Assembly: GCA_012295275.1 (NCBI GenBank)
Contig: CM022666.1
Span: 4,154,001 to 4,218,000 of the forward strand
Reading direction: 5' to 3'
DNA from: Chrysomallon squamiferum
Lineage: Eukaryota; Animalia; Mollusca
Length of the DNA: 64,000 nt
Every line of letters begins with the position of its first letter. Within the stretch, counting starts at the first letter, position 1. The translations under genes were made by a program, and so were the position numbers. The notes under the pieces were generated by a model that was given only the letters and a program-made list of their open reading frames with translations, was not told the DNA's origin and did no database searches. Shown here in pieces: positions 14,913-28,208 of this stretch.

Positions 14913-17900
14913 CTTTTGGTTTAAGAGTGATAGCTTTTTCTTTTTCTTCTTCTATTTGTTGTTGTTGTTATTATTTGTTATTTATTTTGTTCTGTCTTAT
15001 CCCAGTTAATTCTATTGTTTATTGGTTTGTTTGTTGGTTTGTTTGATTATTACGAAAGTAAAATAAAATAAAAATATCAGCCGAATTTGTTTTCTACTTT
15101 CAAGGAAATATTGTATTCATTTTTATTGCCTTTATCGTTTTGTTGTTGTTGTTTTTTTCTTCACAGAAGCAGATATCTACAAATAAAAATACTTATTGTT
15201 ATTTTAGTACGATGCCATTTGCATTAAACGCAGAAAAAATAAAAAAAATATAATAAAACATTAAACTGGAAAAGCTTTGAAAACTGATATTAATTTTTAT
15301 ATTTAATATTAGAAAAAATACGTAGATGTATTCAAAAGGTTTGGGCGATCTCACACCCTTTTCAGTGCAAATCCTTTAACGCATACATAAATACACACAC
15401 GCAGGCACGCACGCAAACAGGCAACACAGACACACACAGACAGACGTATATTCGGGTATAGTTACAAATCCTGTAACGTTAAATAAAAAATCGCAGCAAC
15501 AGTCGCCTAAACTACGGACAAAGACTGATGACGTCAACAATAACGTGACACACATCTGTTACAGGATTGTAAAGGGAACGTACAAACAATTATAATTATA
15601 TCCACAGTAATTAATGCACTAATATTCAAATTAACAATATATCTCTAGAAAAGAAATTCTATAGGATTGAAGTTTTGAAAGAAGAAGAAGAAGAAAAGAA
15701 GTTTGACGTAGAAGAAAAAGTGTTTTCCAAACAAAAATTTAAAAAAAAAACCTGAAATATAAACCCCTTCAATCCATGTATGTAATTCTTTCTCTAAAAA
15801 ACGTATCATTATTATGTGCGTGTGCACGTGTTTTCATTCATTAAATGCGAAATAGATTTCATTTCAGGACATTACACAGGAGATTATTCAACTAGTAATT
15901 CTTTTTAATCTGAAAATGCAGTTTGCTATTGGGAGCAGATAACAGAAATCTTACTGAAGTATCTATTGTCTACTCTGTAATATAAGTTCTACCATAATAA
16001 TTTATAATTCAATAATATCATGTAAAAAAAAAAAACGACAAGTTATAATGAGTCGAATTTACAATGGACAAAGGCATCTTACAGCAAAACCACGCTATGG
16101 TCACCTATACAGACGCTTCCCACCCACCTGATGTAATTTCACACCTAAAATTTTCTCACATGATGTAAAGGAGAGGATTCGGTAGTTTAGTCATCTGTTA
16201 CAAATTCCCATTCGGTGTAATGATATTTATATTTCCTAATGAAAATGTTTAGATCAAGTGGGAAGACAGCAAACAAAGCTACTGCATTATGTAACCAATT
16301 TGTGAAAACTACCCTACCTACCTTGCCAGTCTCCCAGCATGCAAGTCCTCTTGTAAAGTTATTAATTCAATAAAGAAAGATTATCTACTCTTTCTTTCTT
16401 TCTTTCTTTTTTTAAGACAACTTAATAAATATATTATTTACGAGAGCTTAGTAAAATATGCAAATAAAATAAACAAGATAATTTTAACTGTTAGAAACTT
16501 GACGAAGGCTAGCTACTAAACATCTCTGACTACTACTAGTATAAAAGCTCACATGACCTGGAATTTAAGAAGTAGGTGAAGGTAGGCGAGTGCGGAGGTG
16601 TCATCAGAGTAAATCGCATTCACTCCGGCGGTAACTAAGTTGTTCACGATGAAGGCCTATACCATTTACTCCGTTTAATTTAGTGCAGTGGGTGATTACT
16701 TTAGATTACCCAAATATAATGGAATACTGACATTCAAAGACAATGAATACCAATAATATTAACATAAAAGAACAAATGAAAAAAAGTTGCACATATTTTA
16801 GACGCGAGCTTTATCTTGCGTGATAATATGTAGTCTGTATCATCTGTACTCGATACCGGGATATCCGATGAAAAAAAACCACGCCTATCACAAGTCATTA
16901 TTTCTTTGCAATTGGTATAATAACGGTATAACACATATCCGAAATCTTTTTAACAGAAACAGGATAAAACGAAAACAAAAATAAAACATACGAGGAACCT
17001 TTTTAGATTACGAAATGGTAATTCACAGCATCCCTGAAAAAATGGAAATGCACTGTCCGACGATTATAGGGACAGATAAATCTATATACTACTTTGTGTC
17101 CAATGTCAATGTTATTAATGACAAAAATTAATGAAGGTTGTGGTGAATATTATAATATACTGTCTAGTAACGTAATGACTATGATGATAATAATAATATA
17201 CACAATAATTTTTACTTACTTTGATCGTCGAAACGCAATAATAATGGAAACTACTGACAACGGCTCTATGACATCAACAGTAACTTCGCGCATTTTCTTT
17301 ACTGTTCTCACAAGCGTGTATTTGTGTGTTCAGAAAAAATAATGACAAAAAAGAATGTGATACAACATCAGACTATTATGTCGGCGGTGACAACTACAGT
17401 ATGGTATCCATCAGCTCGATCGCCTAACATCTTTGGTTAATCATTTTCCATAAATTATGTTAATTTAATTACGTAATATATTTGGTTACTACGTCATATG
17501 AATTAAATGGAAACTGAATACAAATGCTATATTTATGTCTTGAATTTTTATTTTTTTTATTTTTATTTTAATTCTATATGAATGATTTTCTCCTGATCAG
17601 CTCTATGTTATTTGCTGATTAAAATTCCGTTCTTATAATTCTAAACCCTTAGTTACGTGGGGGCGGAGAAATTAGGGCGCGGCATTTTTTTCTTTTAATT
17701 TTTTTTGTTTTTTTTTGTTATCAAAATGTATCCATAAAAAGTACGATCACAAACTTATTGTAATAACACTGAATGGAGGTGTGTTTAAATAACAAATGTG
17801 TAATTTCAGAATGATTATATCAAAAAGTAAATTTTACGTCTGTGGCCTTTCTCGGTGACATTCGTTCAGCTTCACCGTTTTTTTTATTATTTTTATCATT

Positions 17901-18300
17901 AGCTTAGCAAAATATTTTAGTTCACGGCCGTAACAAGACTCTTTTTGAAACGAGGCAAAAAATGATGTCCTTGGAATCAATTATGTCCTTTGTCGCAAAG
18001 ATGTCGAGTGAGTTCAAGCAATAACAGTACATACACGAATCCATTCAGTGGATATCGTTTCTGTCTGAATAGAGATTTATATTTTATATTTTTAAAAGGT
18101 AATCTTTATCTGAGAAAAATAATAAATAAACAATAAAAAATAAAAAAATAAAATAAAATTCGTTTCTTATCATAATTCTTAGTTATGTCAACTGAAGAAT
18201 GAAAAGCACGGCTTTTAGGCTTTTATACAATAAAACAAAGAAGACGATAATGAATATTTTAATATAAAGTCAACAAAGTACAGTATAACATATTTAAAAT

Positions 18301-19286
18301 TTATCGCTTGATTTCTTTTTTCCAAAACACATTAAAAGGCCAACTGCTGTAATATCTGATATCCAGCTGATGTCCCTTCCAGTCAACTGAGTACGGCACG
18401 AACTGTTTTCTTGTAAGGAAATCTATGATTTCTTTACCATAATGGCCGGTTCTGTAGTATTCCCATTCCATAAGAATGCCCTGGACATCCAGTCGCTGGA
18501 AGAGAAGATTCCCTCCTTTAAGGACAAAATATTCGTGCGTTTCTACGTCCAGTTTTATAAACACTTTCTGAAAGTCGATCACGGAAAGCAATTCATCCGC
18601 CGGCACAGCCTCGATTTGATGGCGAGGATATTTGACCTTTTCGACGTTGGAATCAGTTTCTTCGACATGGGTTCCGCCAAGGTTGCCGATTCGTCTTCTG
18701 ACGGCCATTTTTTTGTGATAGTCAGACAGTGCCGCGAATACGACTGTGACGTAGTCCACAAGACCGTTTCGTTGAACAGACCGGCACAGTCTGATGACGT
18801 TTTCCACAAGGGGATCCACGGCTATGACCTTTCGCCCCATCCGAGCCGCTGTCAAAGCGAAGGTCCCTAGATGAGCTCCAAAATCCAGTAACGCCATGTC
18901 TGGATCCGAATCCAGCTCTTCGAACATCAGATCCAGTCCCTGTTTGTCCCAGGTTCCAGAGTCTCTCAGACTGACGGACACAAAAAAGATCGTCTTTAAA
19001 AGGATGAACATAAATTTTAACATCGCCTGCAGGAGATTTCAAAATGGAGGAATCAAAATTGTAGTCTTTGGAACAAAATCGGTTAACTGTCCTCCATGTA
19101 TTTCCGCTCCATCTGAGAACTGTTGTTTCTTTTTCAAAATTAAAGTTTTGTCTGCACGTTGTTGTTTGGTTTCAATATTAACATGTACAGAGCCAACATG
19201 GTACAGAAAATTAGGAGAAAAATCAGAAAACGTTTTCTAATAGTTAAAATATTAATTAGCGAATTTACTGCATTCAGCATCGACAT
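18301..19286 (-). pseudogene. FkbM-family methyltransferase copy 4, two +1 frameshifts (pseudogene or assembly error)
   Basis: 986 bp; A6 instead of A5 at 18982-18987 and A3 instead of A2 at 19142-19144; ATG at 19284-19286; catalytic region otherwise open. Confidence 0.8.
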
Positions 19287-20774
19287 CTTTTGGTTTAAGA
19301 GTGATAGCGTTTTCTTTTTCTTCTTTTTTTTTTGTTGTTGTTGTTATTATTTGTTATTTATTTTGTTCTGTCTTATCCCAGTTAATTCTATTGTTTATTG
19401 GTTTGTTTGTTGGTTTGTTTGATTATTACGAAAGTAAAACAAAATAAAAATATCAGCCGAATTTGTTTTCTACTTTCAAGGAAATATTGTCTTCATTTTT
19501 ATTGCCTTTATCGTTTTGTTGTTGTTGTTTTTTTCTTCACAGAAGCAGATATCTACAAATAAAAATACTTATTGTTATTTTAGTACGATGCCATTTGAAT
19601 TAAACGCAGTAAAAATAAAAAAAATATAATAAAACATTAAACTGGAAAAGCTTTGAAAACTGATATTAATTTTTATATTTAATATTAGAAAAAATTACGT
19701 AGATGTATTCAAAAGGTTTGGGCGATCTCACACCCTTTTCAGTGCAAATCCTTTAACGCATACATAAATACACACACGCAGGCACGCACGCAAACAGGCA
19801 ACACAGACACACACAGACAGACGTATATTCGGGTATAGTTACAAATCCTGTAACGTTAAATAAAAAATCGCAGCAACAGTCGCCTAAACTACGGACAAAG
19901 ACTGATGACGTCAACAATAACGTGACGCACATCTGTTACAGGATTGTAAAGGGAACGTACAAACAATTATAATTATATCCACAGTAATTAATGCACTAAT
20001 ATTCAAATTAACAATATGTTGTATCTCTAGAAAAGAAATTCTATAGGATTGAAGTTTTGAAAGAAGAAGAAGAAGAAGAAGAAAAGAAGTTTGACGTAGA
20101 AGAAAAAGTGTTTTCCAAACAAAAATTTAAAAAAAAAACCTGAAATATAAACCCCTTCAATCCATGTATGTAATTCTTTCTCTAAAAAACGTATCATTAT
20201 TATGTGCGTGTGCACGTGTTTTCATTCATTAAATGCGAAATAGATTTCATTTCAGGACATTACACAGGAGACTACTCAACTAGAAATTCTTTTTAATCTG
20301 AAAATGCAGTTTGCTATTGGGAGCAGATAACAGAAATCTTACTGAAATATCTATTGTCTACTCTGTAATATAAGTTCTACCATAATAATTTATAATTCAA
20401 TAATATCATGTAAAAAAAACCCGACAAGTTATAACGAGTCGAATTTACAATGGACAAGGGCATCTTACAGCAAAACTACGCTATGGTCAGCTATACAGAC
20501 GTTTTCCCACCCACCTGATGTAATTTCACCTCTAAAATTTTCTCACATGATGTAAAGGAGAGGATTCGGTAGTTTAGTTATCTGTTACAAATTCCCATTC
20601 GGTAGAATAATATTTATATTTCCTAATGAAAATGTTTAGATCAAGTGGGAAGACAGCAAACAAAGCTACTGCATTATGTAAACAATTTGTGAAAACTACC
20701 CTACCTACATTGCCAGTCTCCCAGCATGCAAGTCCTCTTGTAAAGTTATTAATTCAGTAAAGAAAGATTATCTA

Positions 20775-20808
<34 letters not shown>

Positions 20809-21489
20809 CGTTTATGTTTGTTTTTTTGTTTTTTTTTTTTTGATAACGTAATGAATATGTTATTTACGAGAGCTGAGTAAAATATGCAAATATAATTCCA
20901 GAAAATAAACAAGATAATTTAAATTGTTAGAAACTTGACGAAGGCTAGCTACTAAACATCACTGACTCACAGCAGTATAAAAAAACGTCACTGAACTGGA
21001 AACAAAAAAGTAAGTCGCATGTATCCTACATTTCCAGAATAGTGAAAGTGTCGTCAAACAAAATAATATTAACATAAAGGAACGAACAAGAAGAGTGACA
21101 CATTTTAAACGTGACCTTTACCTGCACCGATAATAAATAGTCGTCGTCGTTATTGCCCGCGAAGCTCGACAACTCGTATAAATAATCTTAAAACTGTGTT
21201 TAGTTAGTGGGACAAGGTGAAGTGCACCAATGAGAATCTGTCGATGTCCCGGGACTCATTAATTGCTGTTTTACCTGGCTGACGGTGTGCGCAGTCAAAA
21301 GGTAACAACGAGATGCTACTGTACCGCAGCTATTACTACTACTACAACTATTATTACAATTCAATTTCAATTCAGTTTATTTGTGTGACCAAAGTCAGCA
21401 TGACTATAAACACAAAACAGACAAGTATAAACATAAAAAAGTTGTGTAATTGGTTACAGTATACAAATAAAGAAACATAATTAAACGCG

Positions 21490-22029
21490 AACGCTCTACC
21501 GATCGAGCGTAATCTTCTCCTTTAGTTCGGGTGCACTCTCCTTCTAAAATCTAAATTGGTATCCTGTCTTGTGTGGGATAGCCGGGGCAAGGTTTTGTGT
21601 GTCTGTCGGTATAGTATCGTCTTGATGGCACTAAAATGTAAAATCGCGGCTAACAATCCGTCAGGAACAAAGTCGTGGTTCTTCCTGAGACTGGAAATCT
21701 CTTCGGCGTAAGTCTTAGGAACTGGCGTTGTTTCCATTTTAGGTCGGTCCATGAGTTTCGCCTTGAACGCATCAACATGCTTAACAAATGGCAATGCCCG
21801 CGTGGTTGTGCTGTGTCTCGTCTGGCATCTGGAGCATGTTGTCCACAGTCACAACGTAGGCTCTGCACTGCGACGTAGTACACCTCCAGTAAATTTTCTC
21901 CCCAGACTTTCTATTTACGCGAAATTTATGCTGGTTGTAATACAAATGTCGTCTGCCTCTTAATGTGTCGATAAAAGTCACTCTAACTTGTGCAGCTGCC
22001 ATAATGTTAAATGTGAAATAGTTTTCCAT
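21490..22029 (-). mobile_element. Decayed Mutator-like (MULE) transposase N-terminal fragment with a FLYWCH zinc finger
   Basis: ORF 21781-22029 has RGRRHLYYNQHKFRVN...IYWRCTTSQCRA...HNH (FLYWCH pattern). It continues in other frames as TPVPKTYAEE...FSAIKTILYRQTHKTLPRL and LEGECTRTKGEDY, typical of the region preceding the MULE DDE domain. Two frameshifts; no DDE domain or TIRs seen. Confidence 0.7.
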
Positions 22030-22914
22030 TTTGATATAAAATTTTATATATCAATAGACTGAACCGGGAAAAAGACCAAAGCACAAGCACCTGCTCAGTA
22101 TAAGAGAAGGATCAATTTGCTACTCAAAACAGTAAATTGGTAGAGCATAATATGAGCAACAAAAAAAAAAAATTAAAATTAAAAAAATAAAATAAAAAAA
22201 ATACCCACATACCTACTCAAATTCTTCCCAGAAGAGTAATCACTTAACATTCAGTACCGTTGAAACAAACACGCTTCATACCACAAATTCAAAACGTGCA
22301 AACCAATTGGATCCGTCTACTTCAGCGTTCTCATCTCGTGGTTAATAATAATAAAAAAAGAAAAAAAGACGACTCGTAATTGCAGCGCAGAACTTACAAA
22401 CCAGTTAGATGTAAGTCTACGTCCCGTGACTTTTATTATACTAAATAAAATAGTATTTGTCGATTTTCCCGACCCGACACGATCTACGTCATCACCCAAG
22501 AAAAACTGACTCGATACGCTTGAGGTCCGATGAAATAACCATGACTATCACAATCTATCACCATGGAGTAAGCAGAATGCGTTGATTATGACATCTGCCA
22601 GGAGGCGTGGTCTCTCAGAACATTCAGACAGGATCGCTATAGAGTCGAACAAAAGTTCAGCAGTTTTGTCATTATGCCCCGAATATACCTTCTTTATCCA
22701 GACTAGTCGTCTGTATATTTCTTTATTGAAACATATTTGATAAACTTAAAAAGCTGTATATGTCTACAATGAATCAGCTAAGAAAAGAAAATGTCAATTT
22801 GTTTTTTTAAAGACAAGACAGACGTCAATCAAACTTCAAACCGGAAGTAGTGTATAACGATCTCACTCAATTGGAGACTTTTTAAAATTATTATTATTTT
22901 TTTTTTTATTTTTA

Positions 22915-22954
<40 letters not shown>

Positions 22955-23328
22955 AAGCAACCTTTTACCATTCAAAGTCTAGGACCATCGGCATAATAAA
23001 TGAAAGTAATGGAAACATAATGGGATGTTAACGCATGTAGTAATATTATTACTAGCACAATTTTCACAAAGGTAAAATTCGATATTTTCACCAGCACAGT
23101 AAAAATTTGATCATATAACTCACAGGATTGTTTTTACACAAATGAAATTGTATGTGATTATTGAAATGGTTTTCTTTTAATTTAAGTTCCTACTGAGTGG
23201 TATTTTAAAACTTACCTTAAGCTAGCTTTATTAGTTAGATTTTAAGAATATAATAATAATAATAATAATAATAATAGTAATAATAATAATAATAATAACA
23301 ATAATAATAATAAAAATTAATAAAAAAA

Positions 23329-23371
<43 letters not shown>

Positions 23372-24472
23372 CAAACAAACAAACAAACAAAAGCCAACAA
23401 AAAAAATCAGGAACAAACCAACAAACAAAACATAATATTGGCTTGACCTTGACAAATCAAAAGTAAAACTATTAAAAAGTGGAACATATGCTCACCTTTA
23501 GGTCCGAAATGACGAAATGAAAACAATACTCTTGAACTTAGGCCACGCCAGTATATTATTTATTATATACAAGTGTGTTCATTATAATTATAAAAGTTTT
23601 AACTTTTTTGCTAGCGATAATGATACGCTTCTCTCTCTCTCTCTGTGCGTGCGTGCGTATGTTTTAAAAATAGCATGTCATTCATTAAGTGAATAAATAA
23701 ACAGCAACATTTTAATACATGTAATTTAGTAGATAATTATATTAAAAATAAAAGTACTATGACTGACATTATGGACCGGAAATTGACGAAGTGAAATAAA
23801 GTCGTTTATTGCGAAGGGAAACTACTCCAATTTAAAATCTGATACAGTGGAGTGGACGGCGCATAATACGTATCTTTGAAATTGTATCTTTTCTGAGTTA
23901 TTAGATTGTTGTTGTCATGTCTCCAAGAAGGAAAAGTATCAGTTTATTCAGTAAAAGTGATGACTTAATTTACGTGCATTTCGAAGTGTCTGTTTTTGTT
24001 TCGAAGTGTATTATGTAATCATTACGCCTCCATGAAAATGTTAATTAAATCACTTCATCACATTGACAGTAAACTCCAGCGACAGTCATTGCTAACAGTC
24101 GACAAAGAACGTGACTTTACTCACAGCACAGTAGTTACATCATTTACTGCTCTTTTACATTAATTTTCAACAACACAGTAAGTAAACATAATAGACAAAT
24201 ATGATAAAATCATAAATGCAAAATCATTAATAATTTAATAATGTCTATTACAATATAATTTTATTGTTTTAAATTTAAAATATATTTAAAAAAAATAAGT
24301 AATAATAATACTATTTTCTGTATGACAGTATGATGAACAATTACAGTTTAAAAAAAAAATCTGTGCATTACTTACTATTAAAAATTATATTACCATTAAT
24401 GTTCATGTATATTTTTGTAAATAAAGTAGTATCTATATTTTTTAAAATTTAGATTGAACTGCAGACATTGTG

Positions 24473-27400
24473 ATGGATACCTGGAAAAAATGTGTTTTTA
24501 TTTCTTGTCTTTATGGATTCTTCAAGGAATTTTGCCCTCTTGTGCCATTTTTGACGCCATATCTAACAGAACCACATGAACACAACATTACAAAAACAGA
24601 TTTATTTTCTGAGGTTTGTTTGTAAAATAATATATTAAAATTGATAATTCACGTTTCATTGGTTAACAGAAAAAAAAGAAAATAATTAATCAGCATTTCT
24701 CAATGTACTAAATTTTTACATCAGTCTATATATGACAAAATATATTGTTGATCTGATACACAAAAGAAACAAATTCATACATATTATAACTACTCTGTAT
24801 ACATAGTAAATGTTAACTGAAAATATACAAGTATTATTCTTTTTTTTTTTTTTTTTATTTCAGATATACCCTATCACAACTTTGACCAGGTTTGCAGCTC
24901 TGTTTTTTGTTCTTATTGTTTCCGATTTCTTCATCTACAAACCAGTAATAATATTCGGAGCTGGTGCTTCTATTGCCACCTGGTGTCTGCTAGGGTGGAG
25001 TCAGGGCCTGCTACCACTCATTCAAGTCTCACAGTTTTTCAGAGGTTTAGCCCAAGCTAGCGATGTTGCATTCTTTGCCTACATTTTTGCAGTCAGCAGT
25101 CCAGCGAGTTATCAGAAGGTATCAGGTCTGTCAAAGTCAGCCATATTGATCAGCCAGTGCTTGTCATATTCTGTTGGACAGACAGTTCTCTCACTGATGT
25201 CTGTCGAGATTCGAACTCTCGTCTTCGCATCCCTGGGAAGCGTTATATTAGCTTTTGTTGTGGGTGCTGTGATGCCAGATGCTGCAGCTTCTCCTTATTA
25301 CCAGAGTGAGGTCATACAGAGGGAGCTGCTGGTGCCGAGAGGACTGCAGCATTCGTTGTCCGATAACGGGAGTCCTTACGGTTTACCGAATAACACGGGT
25401 AACCATGGTAACATTCAGATCAGCCCAGATGGGAACGCACAGCCCAGTGGAGTGGATATTTCGTCTGTGTTTGTGCCAGTGAGCACTCACATGTACAGCG
25501 ACATCGACACGAGTTCGCTAGGATATCCGTACAGTGATGGGAATTCGGATATTTCCGATTTGTCGACTAATGAAGATTGCATCGGTTCTGCGCCAATGGA
25601 AACGAGGCTGTCGAACTGTAAGAGTTGCTGCTCGGCGACTTTTAAAACGGTCTGGAAAGACGTGTGTGAAACGTACAAAACAGAACCGTTGTCGTGTGGT
25701 CGCTGTGGTACGTCGCGGCCTGCTGTGTGGATGTTCACGTTCGACAGTACAGTGAGGAATTGTGGGATGTTCTCAGTTTGAATAGTCAACACAGTCGAAG
25801 TTTCTTTTATAATGGAGCAGTGGAGGCAATAGCAGCTTTGCTAGGTATGGGGAGTTTTTTTTTTTTTCTTTTTTTAAATGTGAATTTTTAAACTGATAAT
25901 AATAATGATTCTTGGAAATACATTTAATATTATTTTAGACTGAGTTTTCATGTAATCAGTTATATTTTTTAATTTTATTTGAAAAGTTGCATTGAACCTA
26001 TTTTTGCCATTGTTAAATCATATCCCAGTTGGCTGTTCTACAAATAATTAGTCTAGCTATGGGGAATAGCCTTTTGAAGAGGCATATTTAAAAATGACAT
26101 GCTTTTATATAGTTACGTTGTTGAGTAAACCGATGAATTTTAATTAATTTAGAAAAAAAAGAAGAGATTTATGTTAACCTCTTTACAACTGGAATAGATA
26201 TCACAATTACATGTAAAATATTTAACAATATTAGAAGCTGACCAGTAAATAATACAGTACACTGAATATTCTAACTCTGCATACTACAGTTTCTAAAATG
26301 GTTAACCAAATTGTTGTTATAAAATGGTTCACTGTATAACCCAGTGTATTCTTATTACTAAAATGATCATTATTATTACTAAAATGTGTAAAATGGTCAA
26401 GGTATAACTCAATGTACTCAAAAATTGTTTTGAAATACATCACACTTATTTGTTCAAACTAACAACAACACTGCAAATATATTTTAACCAAAAAAAAACA
26501 AAAAAACACAAAAACCCCAGACCTTTACTTGAGGTTATTTAATTATTTTAAACAATTATTTTTAATTATAATTTTTTTTTATTACAGGTGTGGTTCTCTG
26601 TCTGAGTATGGGTTTTCTCAGAATTCACTGGCATCGGTTTGAAGAGTCTTTTATTGGAGTTGTCATGGTGCTAAGTTCAGCAGTACTTGCAGTAATGTCC
26701 CACACAAACATTTGGTCTGCGTACATATTCTGTATAATTTTCCTTGCTGTCTTTCAGATGCTCTCTACTGTAGCGATGTAAGTAGAAATTATAGTTTATA
26801 TTTACCAGAAATGTTTTTTTTAAAGAAATTTAACAAAACATTGAATATTTAAGAATAAGTTTAAAAAAAAAAAAAAAATGTATTGAGAATGCAGTGAATT
26901 AGATGTAGATGTACCATGCTGGTATGAATTATCATATTTAAATATATTAAATTATATTTAAATTTAAAATCATAAATACATATTAGGATGGGGTTGTTTT
27001 TTTTGTGGGTTTTAAAAATTAATATATTTCGTCAGTATTATTATATTTTGTTATAATTATTATTATTTAGCAAATTACATTCACCCAACTGTATTGTATA
27101 CAAATACCAACATTATTATGATTGTTATCACTTAGTAAATTATGTTGTACATATAACTTTATATCTTTATGTGCATATATATAAATACATATATATCTCT
27201 TACACATAAACACAAATAAAATTAAGTTCTTTCTCTTTAATTTTAAAATACTGAATATTATTATTACTTTGTACAGAGACATACACATACACACACATAC
27301 ACATACATACGTATTTTTTCACTGAGTATTTTAAAATACTGAATATCATTATGACTTAGTAAATTGTTGTACAGACCATACACACACCCACATACATACA

Positions 27401-28167
27401 CAGACATACTCTTATATACACACATATACACAGGCATACACACATATACACATACATACATACATATTTTTTTCACTGAGTATTTTAAAATACTGAATAT
27501 TATTATTACTTAGTAAATTGTTGTACAGCCCATACACACACCCATATACATACACAGACATACACATACTAGTTTTTTTCACTAAGTATTTTAAAATACT
27601 GAATATTATTATTACTTAGTAAATTGCTGTACAGACCACACCCACACCCACAGACATACACACATACGCACATACTTAGGTATTTTTTTTCACTAAGTAT
27701 TTTAAAATACTGAATGTTATTTTTGCAGGTTTCAGATTGCTGGACATCTGACTTGTCGTAGATTTGGTTTAGTTTTTGGACTCAACTCATTCTTGTCATT
27801 ATTTATTGAAGTTGTTTTCTTAACAGTTGTTGCCCGATCTAACGTGCTGGGAGCAACTATTATAACCCAGGTATTTTCATAAAATTTAAAAATTAAAATA
27901 CTTGTCTGATTAATAACTTCTTCTTTGTCAAATTCTCCGTAATTAGTAACCCATGTAATATTTATTATAAAATAAAAATAATAAAAATTTGTTAGTAGGT
28001 ATGGCTATAATTTGTAATTTTAAAAATTGTTCTTTTTCTTAATAATTAAAATATATATTTATAAAATTAAGTTTAAAAATTAAAAAGAGCCAAAACTATG
28101 TTGGTCTTTGAAGTTCAAATTACAGAAAAATATTCATAAATATAACTTGGTTGTTTGTGTATACATA

Positions 28168-28208
<41 letters not shown>

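Larger units (their letters stand above)
3971..21145. repeat. Tandem segmental duplication, four ~4.4-kb units each holding one FkbM methyltransferase gene
   Basis: Unit starts (aatgactatgatgataataataatatac) near 3971, 8395, 12802 and 17174; stop-codon spacing 4399, 4372, 4372 bp. Units are near-identical except beyond ~20780, where unit 4 is much more diverged. Confidence 0.97.

Noticed and set aside
7955-17342. Recurrent short spacer ORFs (MLYRYYTNC..., MCPMSMLL..., MHTHIIM...)
   Set aside because: Non-ATG starts, no domains, no convincing splice structure.
5299-18870. Recurrent plus-strand ORFs (MAGSVVFPFHK..., MEQNRL...) in each unit
   Set aside because: Antisense shadows of the FkbM CDS; their recurrence reflects DNA duplication only.
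3971-21145. Array as bacterial contamination, prophage or LTR element
   Set aside because: Spacers contain eukaryotic microsatellites, are contiguous with spliced host genes, and show no operon, integrase or RT.
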